This document shows positions 50,400 to 62,811 of a stretch of DNA of 64,000 bases, in pieces. The position numbers and the translations under genes were made by a program. Numbering within the stretch: the first letter of the stretch is position 1; every line of letters starts with the position of its first letter. The stretch lies in the NCBI GenBank assembly GCA_030390025.1, contig CM059431.1, forward strand, positions 142,292,001-142,356,000, given 5' to 3'. Below the pieces are notes generated by a model. It did not search any database, was not told the DNA's origin, and saw nothing but the letters and a program-made list of their open reading frames with translations. This stretch comes from Squalus acanthias. Lineage: Eukaryota.

Positions 50400-51095
50400 T
50401 CCACACGGTGGTAACCGATTTGTGGCGATCTGCTGCCGGAAGTTCAAAGCACAGTATTCCACCGAGCACTGCGACTGCCGTTTTTCCATCTGTCTCTGTC
50501 TGGACCTATTTAAAGCGGGTCCCCATTTATATTTCACATGAACCTGAGCGAACAATGAACAATGTGCAGTGGGTTTGCCGGATAACTGCGGACTTTCTTA
50601 CTGCACCCATGGGCAGCGTACAACTTGGCCCGTATTACCTCAGTCGCATGGCTTCCCGTCATTTTGACGGCACTATTTAATTATTTGACAGTCAGACGTA
50701 TTTTAGTGGTCTGTGGACCCAGCAGTGAGAATCAGTCTGATTCGAAGTTTGAGAACCGAAGGAAATCCATCATCATACTCTTCATTATATCCGGCAGTTT
50801 TATAGGAAAATTGGAACATATACTCTTATGGATCACAGCTGCCGTGCGGTTTTAACTACCCGAATGATAACCACCATGTATTCCCAGGGCGATTACACCA
50901 GTCCTGTATCGATCACCACTCAAGCCGGATTTAAGCTGTTGTATTTGAGTTCCTGCAAAAAACACCTGTATTTAGGCAGCGACCCGGAGGAAACTCAGCG
51001 AAGAGCTGCGGAATGTGGTCAAATCTGCCAGGACACTGATTCTGAGATTGTTTAAAAAATGAAAAGGAATGAAGTCAAACTAAAGCTTCCTTTTC
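50400..51095 (+). pseudogene. Degraded GPR139-like paralogue C (TM3 to TM7 only)
   Basis: Fragments LFNYLTVRRILV, SENQSDSKFENRRKSIIILF and SQGDYTSPVSITTQAGFKLLYLSSC lie in shifting frames. Confidence 0.85.
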
Positions 51096-51199
51096 TAATC
51101 TGAGCTCAATCTCAGCCCGTGCTCCAGCGGAGAGGGGCTTTCTTTCGGGTTGTGACAGAATGGATAGCTCTTGTGTGAAACCTCACAGGTATCAGAATT

Positions 51200-51965
51200 T
51201 TTTTTAACAGAGTCTAAATGGGGGAGAGGTGCAAAGGGGTCTATGGGTACAGAGTCACAAATCATTGAAAGTAACAAGGCAAGCTAACAATCGCATACAA
51301 ATGTAAACCAAGCACTGGAACTCATTTTACGATAAAAGGATCCAAAAGCAGAGAAGTTATGTTGAACTAATACGGAACCTTGGTCAGACCACACTGGGAT
51401 TGCTTTGAACAATTCTGGTCTCCATATTACGAAACGGGGATCGAGGCACTTGAGAAGGTGCAAACAGATTTTACAAGGATGATACCGTAACTGAGAATGT
51501 GCAACTATCAGGAATGACTGAACAGGCTGGGATTCTTTCCTCTGGAAAAGATAAGGCTGAGGGCTGACCTAATGGATGTCTTTCAATTATGAATGGGTTT
51601 GATCGGGTAGACGTAGAGAAGATGTTTCCTCTTGTAGAGGAGTTCAACAAAAGAGGTTTAAAATATTGGATAATCACTAATAAATCCAATACGAAATTCA
51701 GGAAAAGCTTCTTTACCCAGAGAGATTAGAATGTGGAACTTGCTACCACATGGAGTTCTTGAGCCGAATATGTTCTTATGTTAATAGATGCATTTAAGGG
51801 GAAACTAGAAAAGTCCTTGGGGGAGAAAGGAACAGAAGGATGTGCTGAAAGGGTTGGGTGAAGTCTATGTGGGAGTAGGCTTTTCTGGAGCATAAAATCG
51901 ACATAGATACGTTGAACGGACTGTCCTGTCCTGTGCTTTAATTTCTATGTATTTCTATGTAATTT
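51200..51965 (+). mobile_element. CR1-type LINE 3' fragment inserted in the 3' flank of paralogue C
   Basis: ccttggtcagaccacactgg...ctttacccagaga, with a ttctatgt-repeat tail. Paralogue flank homology resumes after it. Confidence 0.8.
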
Positions 51966-53849
51966 CTTCTGTTTTGTAGGAGCCGTTTGACATCTGCTTT
52001 CCTAGCGTTTTCTCGCTTCTTTCGTCGAGTGATCATAATTTTTTCTGGTAAATCAGCATCTTTTAACCTGAAAATTCAAAGAAAACAGTCATGATTGAGC
52101 TTCAGCTGTGCAGTGGAACATGTGAGCATCAGCTTCATCTGTCTCACGCCGCAGGTCCTGGAATAAGACATGGCAGATTCATTGATGAATACAACTTTCA
52201 TTAGTGCAGAAAATATCAGGGGCCTTTCATCGTAAGTATTTGTCACTGCTCTGGATGTTTGGTGAGAATGATGCAGACTCCGGTCTCCCCTTCATATCCC
52301 ATTGTCTCCTGGACCAATAGAACGGGGCCTGTCTCCTGATCAGTGTCAAATGATGGAGAGAATAGAGAATTAACCCGCCAATGTGACGTTAGTCATCTCT
52401 GTTTACAGATACTTACTTAAAATGAAAATGTATCATTGGAAATTGAAGTTTGCACGTGATTGGCTCTGCCGCTAGCGGCTAAAGGAGTCCTGATTGATAT
52501 TCCGGCAGGAGTCAGTATTTCCAAATAAAATTGGTCAAATATGTAAAATAAGAATACATTAAAGTAAAATTAATCGTGACGACATTTGAGGCAACAGATT
52601 TGCAAAAAGTTACTATCAAAATTCCTATATCAGATTGATGTTAAGCAGTCGGAGTTTACCTGAACCTTTATATGTCACATATAAAGGATATTTGTGGAGT
52701 TTTGTTTGATCTCCTGGACAGACATTGTTACAACTCATTCAAAACATGTCACCAGTTTGAATCAGTTGCTATTTGTTCACAGTTGTTCTACCCTGACATT
52801 CTGGTATGAATAACAAGGGGTGGGAACAAGGTCCTAATGGAAAGAAAGCCGAGGATGAACAGCGAGACCTGGGGATTCAAAGACTTCATTCCCTGACAGT
52901 ACGGGTACAGATAGTAAATTTACAATAAAAGCAGCAGGGATTCGGTTTGACGGATTGGGACATTGAGCACAACAGTAACAAGTAAAGATATGTTTGGCGA
53001 GGCTTTGGTTCGGCCACAGTTAGAACACGAGCTGCAGCTTTGGCCACTTCATTATAATTCAGCCCAAAGAGCGGCGCTCCCCACAATGATGTCAACGTCC
53101 TGCGGAGTCTCTCCGTTCCATCCCAGGCAACGTCCTGTCCTCACTGAGTTACACTTTGCGGCTCTAACAGTGGAACTCACTGCGGGAATTGGTACCTGGT
53201 CATTCTGTCACCTCACACTGCATCTTCATTCATCGCAGAACATGGACAATCCCCACAGATCACAGCAGGTGCAGAGTTAAATTAGCGCGATATCAATTAA
53301 CAGTTTGAGGATTGTAATCAATTCGATTCTGACCACAAAATATGATTTGCAACTACAAATCTGAGTATTGTGTTCGAACAAGTCCAGTTACACATATAGG
53401 CCCTGATATAGCGGTCGTAATGACGGCGAGGCTGTCAGCCCTGGCCATTGATACTTGGTAAAATTGAAGGCAAATCTGGGGTCCGCACATGCGCAGTTCA
53501 ACAAGGAAATCCAGAAGCTGATGTCAGAGATACTCGGCTCCACCACAAGGAGCGCTGTTGCAGTCTTCGCCGATGGAATTAACACAAAAATCAGTGTTAA
53601 AGTGTGAACTTAAACCAATTATCCACTGTTCTCGGTCTAAATACAGGTGAAAAGTTAAGCAGGCCGAGCTCTGCAGCGCGGAGATTGGAGCAGTCTGTCC
53701 GTTTAATGTTCACTCAACAGCCTTAAGTTACGACCTGTAATCCTGTTCCAGTCTCCACAATCATTTATTTCAGTTTCACAGGAAGCCGTTTAGCTTATTA
53801 AACCGCGACCGGCATGAACACGGAGGGCAGATTGCTGTCAGCATCAGCT

Positions 53850-55600
53850 CCCGGGGAATGTACTGAACCGAGTCATAATACAGGGGATTGTTCGGGATAT
53901 AAACCCCAGGGACTGTACTGAACCGGCTCATAATACCGGGGATTGTCCGGGATATAAACCCCAGGGACTGTACTGAACCGAGTCATAACACAGGAGATTG
54001 TCTGGGAAATAAACCCCAGGGACTGTACTGAACCGGCTCATAATACAGGGGATTGTCCGGGATATAAACCCCAGGGACTGTACTGAACCGAGTCATAATG
54101 CAGGGGATTGTCCGGGATATAAACCCCAGGGATTGTACTGAACCGGCTCATAATACAGGGGATTGTCCGGGATCTAAATCCCAGGGACTGTACTGAATCG
54201 AGTCATAATGCAGGGGCTTGTCCTGGATATAAACCCCAGGGACTGTACTGAACGGGCTCATAATACAGGGGATGGTCGGCGATACAAACGCAAGGAACTG
54301 TACTTAACGGGCTCATAATACAGGGGATTGTCCGGGATATAAACCCCAGGGACTGTACTGAACGGGCTCATAATACAGGGGATGTTCGGGAATATAAACC
54401 CCAGGGACTGTACTGAACGGGCTCATAATACCGGGGATTTTCCGGGATATAAACCCCAGGGACCGTACTGAACTGGCTCATAATACAGGGGATTGTCCGG
54501 GATGTAAACCCCAGGGACTGTACTGAACGGGCTCATAATACAGGGGATGGTCGGGAATACACACCCCAGGGACTGTTCTGAACATGCTCACAATACAGGG
54601 GATTGTCTGGGATATAAACCCCAGGGACTGTACTGAACGGGCTCTTAATACACGGGATGTTCGGGGATATAAACCCCAGGGACTGTACTGAACGGGCTCA
54701 TAATACAGGGGATGGTCGGGGATATAAACCCCAGGGACAGTACTGAACGGTCTCAGAATACAGGGGATGGTCGGGGATATAAATTGCAGTGAATTCAATG
54801 AACAGGGACAAAATACAAGGGATTGTCTGGGATATAAACCCCAGGGACTGTACTGAACGGGCTCATAATACAGGGATTGTCGGGGATATAAACCCCAGGG
54901 ACTGGACTGAACGGGGTCATAATACAGGGGATGGTCGGTGATATAAACCCCAGGGACTGTACTGAACGGTCTCAGAATACAGGGGATGTTCGGGGATATA
55001 AACTGCAGTTCATTTAATGCACAGCATCAAAATACAGGGGATCGTCCAGGATATAAATCCCAGGAAATTTAATGAACAGATTCATAATACCGGTGATGGA
55101 TTGGGGTATAAACCCCTAGGGATTGTACTGAACCTATTCGTAACACAAGAGATGGTCCGGGATATAAATCCCAGTGAATTTACAGAACAGGGTCATAATA
55201 CAGAGGTTGGACTGGGGTATAAACCCCAGGTAATTGTACTGAACCGGTTCATAATACAGGGGATGGTCAGGGCTATAAACCCCAGGGCAATATACTGAAC
55301 GGGCCACAATACAGGGGAGGGAGCGGAATATAAACCCCAGGGACTGTACTGAACTGGGCATTAAAACACCGGATGGCCCGGGATATAAACCCCAAGGAAT
55401 GTACTGAACAGGGCCAAAGGCACGGGATGGCCTGGGATATGAACTCCAAGAGAATGTACTGAACCGGGGAATAACGCACCGGGTGGCCTGGGATATAAAC
55501 CGCAGGGGAAGGTACTGGACCGAGCAATAACGCACGGGATGGTCCGGGATATAAACCGCAGGGAATGTACTGAACTGGGTCATAACACACGGGATGGTCC
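53850..55600. repeat. 55-bp minisatellite (GGGATATAAACCCCAGGGACTGTACTGAACCGGCTCATAATACAGGGGATTGTCC)n, ~30 copies
   Basis: gggatataaa at 53894, 53949 and onward, with a period of 55. Confidence 0.96.
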
Positions 55601-56239
55601 AGGCTTGGAGTTTTGTGTGGGTTATTCTGCAGTTTGAAGCGAAAATGTTGCACTTCTGCCAACATGAGTGAAAATGCGGAGGTTTCAGGTGCCCGGATAT
55701 CAACTGTGAGGAAAAATACCAAACGAAACCATAGCCCCGGAGCTGATGGCTTTGGGAGATGCGGGAGTTAGAATAGAACGACAGGAATTACAACAAATGT
55801 ATTAATTATATTATGTTTCAATAATGAATTACAAGAGTATTTCAATTAATGGCGAGCAAGTAGCACAAGCTATTTCCTCCGCGAAATCCCGTTCAAGCTG
55901 ATCAATCTTTGAATATTTCATGGGATATCGTTACAGTGAAAGGAATTCCGACTATCCAAGAGAGCACCCTAACTTTTGGAGGGAACAGATTCTACTCTTA
56001 TAATATTCGGCTACCTTGGGCTGCACAAACTATAACAATATTCCACCAAGCTGATGCCACACTTGACATGTTTACATCACATTCTAATCCTTTAGGCCTC
56101 TAACTCTCCCCATAAACATTGTTTATTTTACAGTAATGCGTGGGTCAATCTTTTTCTCTTATTGTGGTATGTGGTGTCTTAGCGACTCGTCCCATATCCA
56201 TTTCCGTGATGACTGCAGGCATCAGGAATGATAAAATAA

Positions 56240-56850
56240 TAAAATATTAAAAACTACAGAAATATCCTATTGTGCTACATTGATCACCACACACATGGGG
56301 AACTGTAATATATTAAAAACTACAAGTAAACCCAATTGTAATATTTTTCACCACAGGCATAGGGAATTGTAATATATTTAAACGACAGGTATATCCAATG
56401 TAATATTGATCGCCACAGACATGGGGAATTGTAATATATTCAAACTACAGGTATATTCAATTGTAATATTGACCACAACAGACATGGGGAATTGTAATAT
56501 GTTAAAACTACAGGTATATCCAATTGTACTATTGATCACAGAGACATGGGGAGTTGTAATATATTAAAACTACAGGTATACCCAATGTAATATTGATCAC
56601 CACAGAAATGGGAAATCGCAAAATATTGAAAGTACAGGTATATGCAATGTAATATGAATCACCACAGATATGGGGAATTGTAATATATAAAAAGTACAGG
56701 TATATCTAATGTAATATTAATCACCACAGACATGGGAAATTGTAATATATTAAAACTTATGGTGTATACAATGTAATATTGATCACACAGTCATGGGGAA
56801 TTGTAACATATTCAAACTACAGGTATATCCAATGTAATATTGATCACCTG
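56240..56850. repeat. ~62-bp AT-rich minisatellite (tgtaatattgatcaccacagacatggggaattgtaatatattaaaactacaggtatatccaa)
   Basis: About 10 copies are directly visible. Confidence 0.93.
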
Positions 56851-56999
56851 CTAGCAAGGGACTGAATGAAAGGCAACAGGTGAACTGTGTTTATTTGAGG
56901 GATTTTCGTGAGTGAGCGAGCCTGGGGAATAGATTGCAACATTCTGATACATGACTCTGTTGGGTAGTCTTACCTTACCAGGTTCCTTTTCCCGGACAA

Positions 57000-57225
57000 G
57001 CGAAGTGTCGCTCTCGAGTCTGACGATCGTAGCTTCAAGATCCAAACCAAGGTTTTGAGCACATAATCGGAAATAACTGAGGGAGTGCTGCATTGTCGGA
57101 TGAGTCGTCTTTCGAATGAAAAACGCAATCCAGTCCCGGCTGCCTCTACAAGTGGAAGGGAAATAACCCACGGCTCTAATGAAGGAAGAGCAGAGGACTC
57201 CTCCCAATACCTTGGCCTACATTGA
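57000..57225 (+). mobile_element. Deu-domain SINE 5' fragment
   Basis: actgagggagtgctgcattgtcggatgagtcgtctttcgaatga is the reverse complement of the 45330-45375 motif. Confidence 0.6.
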
Positions 57226-57354
57226 GATATCTTAAAAATTTAATACGAGATTATACTCTCTCTATTTTTCTTTAAGTGCCCACGTCTTTCTAATTGTCCG
57301 CAGCATTCCCACAGGTCAGTGTCTGTCCCGATATTCAGGGTCCCGCCCGCCTGA

Positions 57355-58050
57355 AATAATCACTGAAAGTTAACATGCAGGTACAGCAAGCAATTAAGAA
57401 AGCAAATGTTATGTTGGCCTTTATTACAAGAGGGTAAGAGTAAAGACGTCTTACTGCAGTTATATAGCGCCCTGTTGAGACCACACCTGGAGTATTGTGT
57501 ACAGTTTTAGTCTCCTTACCAAAGGAAGGATATACTTGCCTTGGAGGGAGTGCAACGACGGTTCACCAGACTGGTTCCTGGGATGGGGGGATTGTCCTAT
57601 CAGGACTGATTGAGTTGACTAGGCCTCTATTCTCTAGAGTTTAGAAGAATGATAGGTGATTTCATTGAAACATACACAATTCTTAGAGGACTTGACAGAG
57701 TAGATGCAAAGAGGCATGTTTCTCCTGGCTGGGGATTCTAGAACCAAGGGGCACAGTCTCAGATTAAGGGGTCGGCGATTGAGGAATGAGATGACGAGAC
57801 ATTTCTTAATTCGGAGGGTAGCGATTCTTTGGAATTCTCTTTCCCAGACAGCTGTGGAGACTCAGTCGTTGAGTATATACAAGACAGAGATCGATAGATT
57901 TTTAGATAATAAGGGAATCAAGATATACGGTGGTAGTTCAGGAAAGTGGAATTGAGGTCCAAAATCACCCAAGATCTTATTGAATGGCGGAGCAGGCTTG
58001 AGGGGCTGAATGGCCTACTCTTGCTCTATTTCTTACGGTCTTATGTTCTT
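57355..58050 (+). mobile_element. CR1-type LINE 3' fragment
   Basis: MFLLAGDSRTKGHSLRLRG...RVAILWNSL followed by the CR1 tail. Confidence 0.88.
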
Positions 58051-58214
58051 ATGTAGATATGTACTAGTCCTACAAGTCAGTGTCTGCCACGGATATTCAG
58101 GGATCCGCCCGAGTTGCTCGCAGGTAGACATTTACTTGCCCTGCAGGTCAGTGTATGCCCCTGATATTCAGAATCCCGCTCGCCCGAGAGGCTCCCAGGT
58201 ATACATGCACGGGG

Positions 58215-60775
58215 CCTACATGTCAGGCCTTTCGCATGATTTCGCCTACATCGGCGGTTCTCGACCTCGCTGCTGGCTCCAGCCCGCTTTCCAAAATGAT
58301 TTTATGCTGACTGGCTTGTTAAGCCCGAAAAGTGCGGTTGCCGCCCAATTGAAGGAAGCGTGTCCGATGACGTCATTTAATGACATGTCATCAAACGGTT
58401 TCCTGAAATGGACCTTGCACAAATTGATGTTGACAGTTGTGCTGTTAGTGTTCTACAGCATTGAAGTGGGGCAAACACTGACAATCACTGCACAGAGGTG
58501 CACGGCTGCATCCAGGCTCTATTATGACTCCATACATATGCTTATAGAGGAAGTCACAGCAAGCAGGGAGGACCTCTTCCCTTTCAATGGGCGGAAGTGA
58601 CCTCCCCAGGAGATCAACGCAGCCGGGTTGCACATTGCACAGAAGGGCACAAGTAGGGCTGTCGTGAGGAGGACCAGGCTGCAGTGGGGCAAACCTTTCA
58701 ATGATTTCAGTAGATCACGAAACGTCATTGCAAAGTCACACTCAAACTCATCCTGCTGTGCCACTCATCACAGCCCCATCACTCTTCCTTCCCTACCCTA
58801 CTCCTGCACATCCTTACTCACACCAACTTACCTTGCACCTCCAACCATCCATCTCTATCTACATTACCACGTCCCATCTCACTAGGCACACCTGACATTC
58901 ACCCTCGTCCTCGCCCAATCATACCAACTAACAACAAACAAGGGTAGGTACTTATGTGTTTGAAATAATGCTCATGTGAAGTTTCTGTTCATGCACTGTC
59001 AAACATTGAAATCTTTATTTTCAAAACCTTGCGTTTTGGACAGATTTGTGTGCACCTTTGGAAGTGGCTTAGACAGTTGCAGTGAATGGTGAGACATAAT
59101 GGTACCCCCCCCCCCCACACACACACACACCCCACCACCGCAATGGTGATGAGTGTGAAAGGAATGGCTTGGCCATTGTACGGATGCTTTATGGTGTTCG
59201 TGTGGGGTGGTGACAACCTGTGCATCATGTGGCAGCCAGGGTGTACAGCGTCAATTGAAGTAAATCTGGCCATGGTGAGGACCTCCCTGGCGTCCCGGGC
59301 AGCAATGTAGTCGATGGCTGAGGCCCTGTGTCCTGTGCTTCATAAGGAAATTGCGGAAAATGTTGGTGTTAAGAACATAAAGCATAAGAAATCGGAGTAG
59401 GAGTATCCCATACGGCCCCTCGAGCCTGCTTCACCATTCAATAAGATCATGGCTGATCATCGACCTCAACTCCACCTTCCTGCACTGTCCCCATATCCCT
59501 TGATTTCCCTAGAGTTCATAAATCTATCTATCTCAACCTTGAATATACTCAAAGACTCAGCATTCACAGCACTTTGGGGCACAGAATTCTAAATGTTCAC
59601 AACACCGTGAATGAAGAAATTCCTCCTCATCTCGGTCTTAAATGGGATACCCCTTATCCTGAGAGTATGTCCCCTAGTTCTAGACACTCCAACCAGGGGA
59701 ATCATCCTGGCAGCATCTACCCTGACAATCCACTTCAGAATCTTGTATGATTCAATGAGATCACCACTCATTCTTCTGAACGCCAGAGAGTATAGGCCCA
59801 TTCTACACAATCTCTCATCAGAGGACAGCCCTCTTATCCCAGGAATCAATCTAGTGAACCTTCGTTGCACCGCCTCCAAGGCAAGTATATCCTTCGTTAG
59901 ATAAGGTGAACAAAACTGTGCACAGTACTCCAGGTGAGGTCTCACCAAGGACCTGTACAATTGCAGCAATACGTCCTTATTCTTATACTCCAAACCCCTT
60001 GCAATAAAGGCAAACATGCCATTTGCTTTCCTTATTGTTTGCTGTACCTGCATGCTAGCTTTCTGTGTTTCTTGCACGAGGGCACCCAAATCTCCCTGAA
60101 CACCAACATTTGAAAGTATCTCACCATTTAAAAAATATTCTGTTTTTCTATTAAAATATCCAGGTGAAGTGTCGCGTGGTATTGCAGATATTCCTGATAC
60201 TGCTGGTGTTGGGGCTGATCGTGGTGGGATTCTGAAGAGAAAGATGAGATAGTTTCAATGGCACCGATGCTGATATAATAGATGGCCGGTGACGTTGAGA
60301 TACAGAAGCGATCTGTCAATGGTGAGAGAGGTTGTTCCAATGAGGTGACACTGGATACAGCGATTATTGCCAACACTCGCAAGCTGCATAAAGCTCAATT
60401 TGTCTTCCAAATACAGTAAGCAACAGCTTCTGAGCTTGGAAAGTGAACAGCTCTGAATTGGGAGCTTTTATCGCACATTTGCAGCTGTCAAGTAAAGAGA
60501 TCTCAAAACCCGTTCTCCTTTCCTGACGTTATCCCCAAGCAGCGTAGACCGAGTGGGCGACCTGGTAAGCTCTGAAGGTGAGCTTAAAATTCTTTTTAAC
60601 TGGCTCTTAACAAGGTCATAATGACCTAAATTGCCTCCCCCGCCGCTGCGTGTCGGGTCTGTTCAGAGTTGACAGAGTCGACTTCAGGGAAAGTCGCGTG
60701 GCGGCGGGTTGACAAAACAATCCCACCGGCTCGTCACCAAACGCGTCCGCTGACCCAGCGAAAAATACCCCTCTC
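58215..60775. mobile_element. Probable PIF/Harbinger-like DNA transposon relic (Myb/SANT-like ORF remnant), interrupted by a CR1
   Basis: Plus strand 58500-58730 reads ASRLYYDSIHMLIEEVTASREDLFP...RRTRLQWGKPFND, resembling the Myb/SANT DNA-binding ORF of Harbingers. Minus strand AARDAREVLTMARF resembles a transposase C-terminus. Paired TIRs were not confirmed. Confidence 0.5.
59372..60150 (-). mobile_element. CR1-type LINE 3' fragment
   Basis: ORF 59589-60089: LLQLYRSLVRPHLEYCAQF...VSRTRGHTLRIRG. Confidence 0.9.
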
Positions 60776-62639
60776 AGTGTATTCAGGATCCCGCCCGCCC
60801 AGTAGTTCCCAGGTCGCCATGTACTGGTCCTTGGAGCACTGGGAATTGATTGAAATTCACTGATCTCAGGTTACACCTGAAGATTAGCGCCAGCTCCAGA
60901 TGTGCGGGGGTTCGGGTGCTGCACAGCCAGGACCACAGATCCAATCTCCCGCCCATAATGACAATATTAGGGGTCTGGTAGCACAGTGGTTCTGTTAGTG
61001 TCCTAGTAATCCAGAGGCCTGGACTAATGATCCGGAGACACGTGGTATCTGTGTTCTCCTGATCCAGCTCCCTGCATCTGCCGAGGGTTCTTGTTATTAA
61101 ACTGAGAGCGGTGTTTGTCCCCATACTTTCTAGATTTACTTCCCTGCTCTTTCAACACAGTCACGCGATTATTGTTGGTATCTTATTCCAAAAGGACATA
61201 AAAACAAGATGTTTCAATTCTTGAAACAGGAACTGGAGTTTCATGAAATTACGTGTAAATTCAAATGGTAGAACATTCCGATGTGTAAAGAAGTTGAATG
61301 TAAACTGTTTTGCCATCGGATTCAGCATTTTAGCAGCAATTTAAATGGTCACTGTTAACATTAACAGATTTAGATGGTTTAAGACAATCAGGTTTTCAGA
61401 GGAGGTGGGGTTTATTTCCAAAAATGTGACTATTTTATTGATGTATTTCTGTAGATGCGGCGCTGCTTAATGTCCTGTACAGCTGGAACTGACGATGGAT
61501 TCAGTAAACCCGCAGTGTCAGGTCTGGTGTTGTAAAAATCCGTTATTGAATCGACACTTCATGGTTGGAAAAAACTGTCTGAATGTTCAGGGTTAATTTT
61601 CTTCACTAAACTCCGAACATGTGATGCTGGTTTTGTTACTTCCATGTTCAGTTATTTTCGCTGAGTGATTTCCTCTGTTACCAGGGTAACAATCTTTCAG
61701 ATCTCAGCACAAGAGGCCTTGGCTCCAATTTATATCCGAAAAACCGTGAAATATTCAGTTTAAACTCCTGTCTGTGCAGTCGGCAGTCCAGGAGTAGGGA
61801 CGTCTTCTGCATTAATTTTAATACAATGGCCACAATATTAAAATAAGACTTTTAAGCTGTTGTGTAGGAGCAGTAGTTTATATGGATACACATAATTCGT
61901 GATACTTCCTCTTGCCATGATTTAATAATGCTTCTTATATTGATAAAGCCTGTTTCAATCACTTTTTTCAATAGAGAACATTGCTCCAGGTGTTCGCACA
62001 TGTTCCAACATTTCCAGATGTTCGCCTGCCGTTCTAACCTTTTCCTATACACTCAGTGAAAAGACATTCCAGTTCATCAGTTGGAGTTTGAGCAATGGCA
62101 TCGAGATTCATCAGTAATGAATTAATTCTTGTTTTTAAAGCACACTTCCTGTAACGTTCACATTTACTGTTGGCCGAACTAATCACCTGCATATTAATTT
62201 CCTGTTACACCTCAGACATCAAAGTTCCAGTGAATCCTTTCACTCGTTCCAAATGGCAGTGGATCTGCTAGTTCTAATTACGGGAGAAACGTTTCTTCCA
62301 ATTACAACTGTTTACAGAGAGCCTTTATGTGATAGAATATTAATATTGTTTCCAGATAATTAACACATGAGAGAAGTATCGGACAATACAAGACCATAGA
62401 CAGATAGGATCAATTGGAGGCGATTCCGTTCCTCAATCCTGTTCCGCCAATAACTCAGGTGAGAACTGGCATTCGATAAGGTGCCACACAACAAGTTATT
62501 AAACAAAATTAGGGCTCATGGGATAGGGGTAAAATACTAATCTGGATTGAGGATTGGCTGACAGACAGAAAAGAGAGAGTAGGAATAAACGGGTCCTTTT
62601 CGGGATGGCAGGCTGTAACATAGATAGTCATAGAGATCT

Positions 62640-62810
62640 TTCATCCCCTCCCCCATTTCCCAGCCCCTCAACTTGCTTTAAAATCTGTTCCAATTCCTGC
62701 TTTTTCCAGTTCTGACGAAAGGACATCGACCTGAAACATTAACTGTGTTTCTCTCTTCACAGATGCTGCCTGACCTGCTGAGTGTCTCCAGCATTTTCTG
62801 TTTTTATTTT
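62640..62810 (+). mobile_element. Solo Penelope-terminus element with a partly decayed hammerhead motif (62708-62744)
   Basis: ccagttCTGACGAaaggacatcgacctGAAAcattaact...cctgacctgctgagt is the reverse-complement homologue of 38420-38580. Confidence 0.7.
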
Positions 62811-62811
62811 A

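Noticed and set aside
54478..55722. Repetitive ORFs of 93-189 aa
   Set aside because: These are translations of the 55-bp minisatellite, whose period is not a multiple of 3.
53850..56850. CRISPR-like arrays
   Set aside because: The units are contiguous with no unique spacers, there are no cas genes, and the context is eukaryotic.
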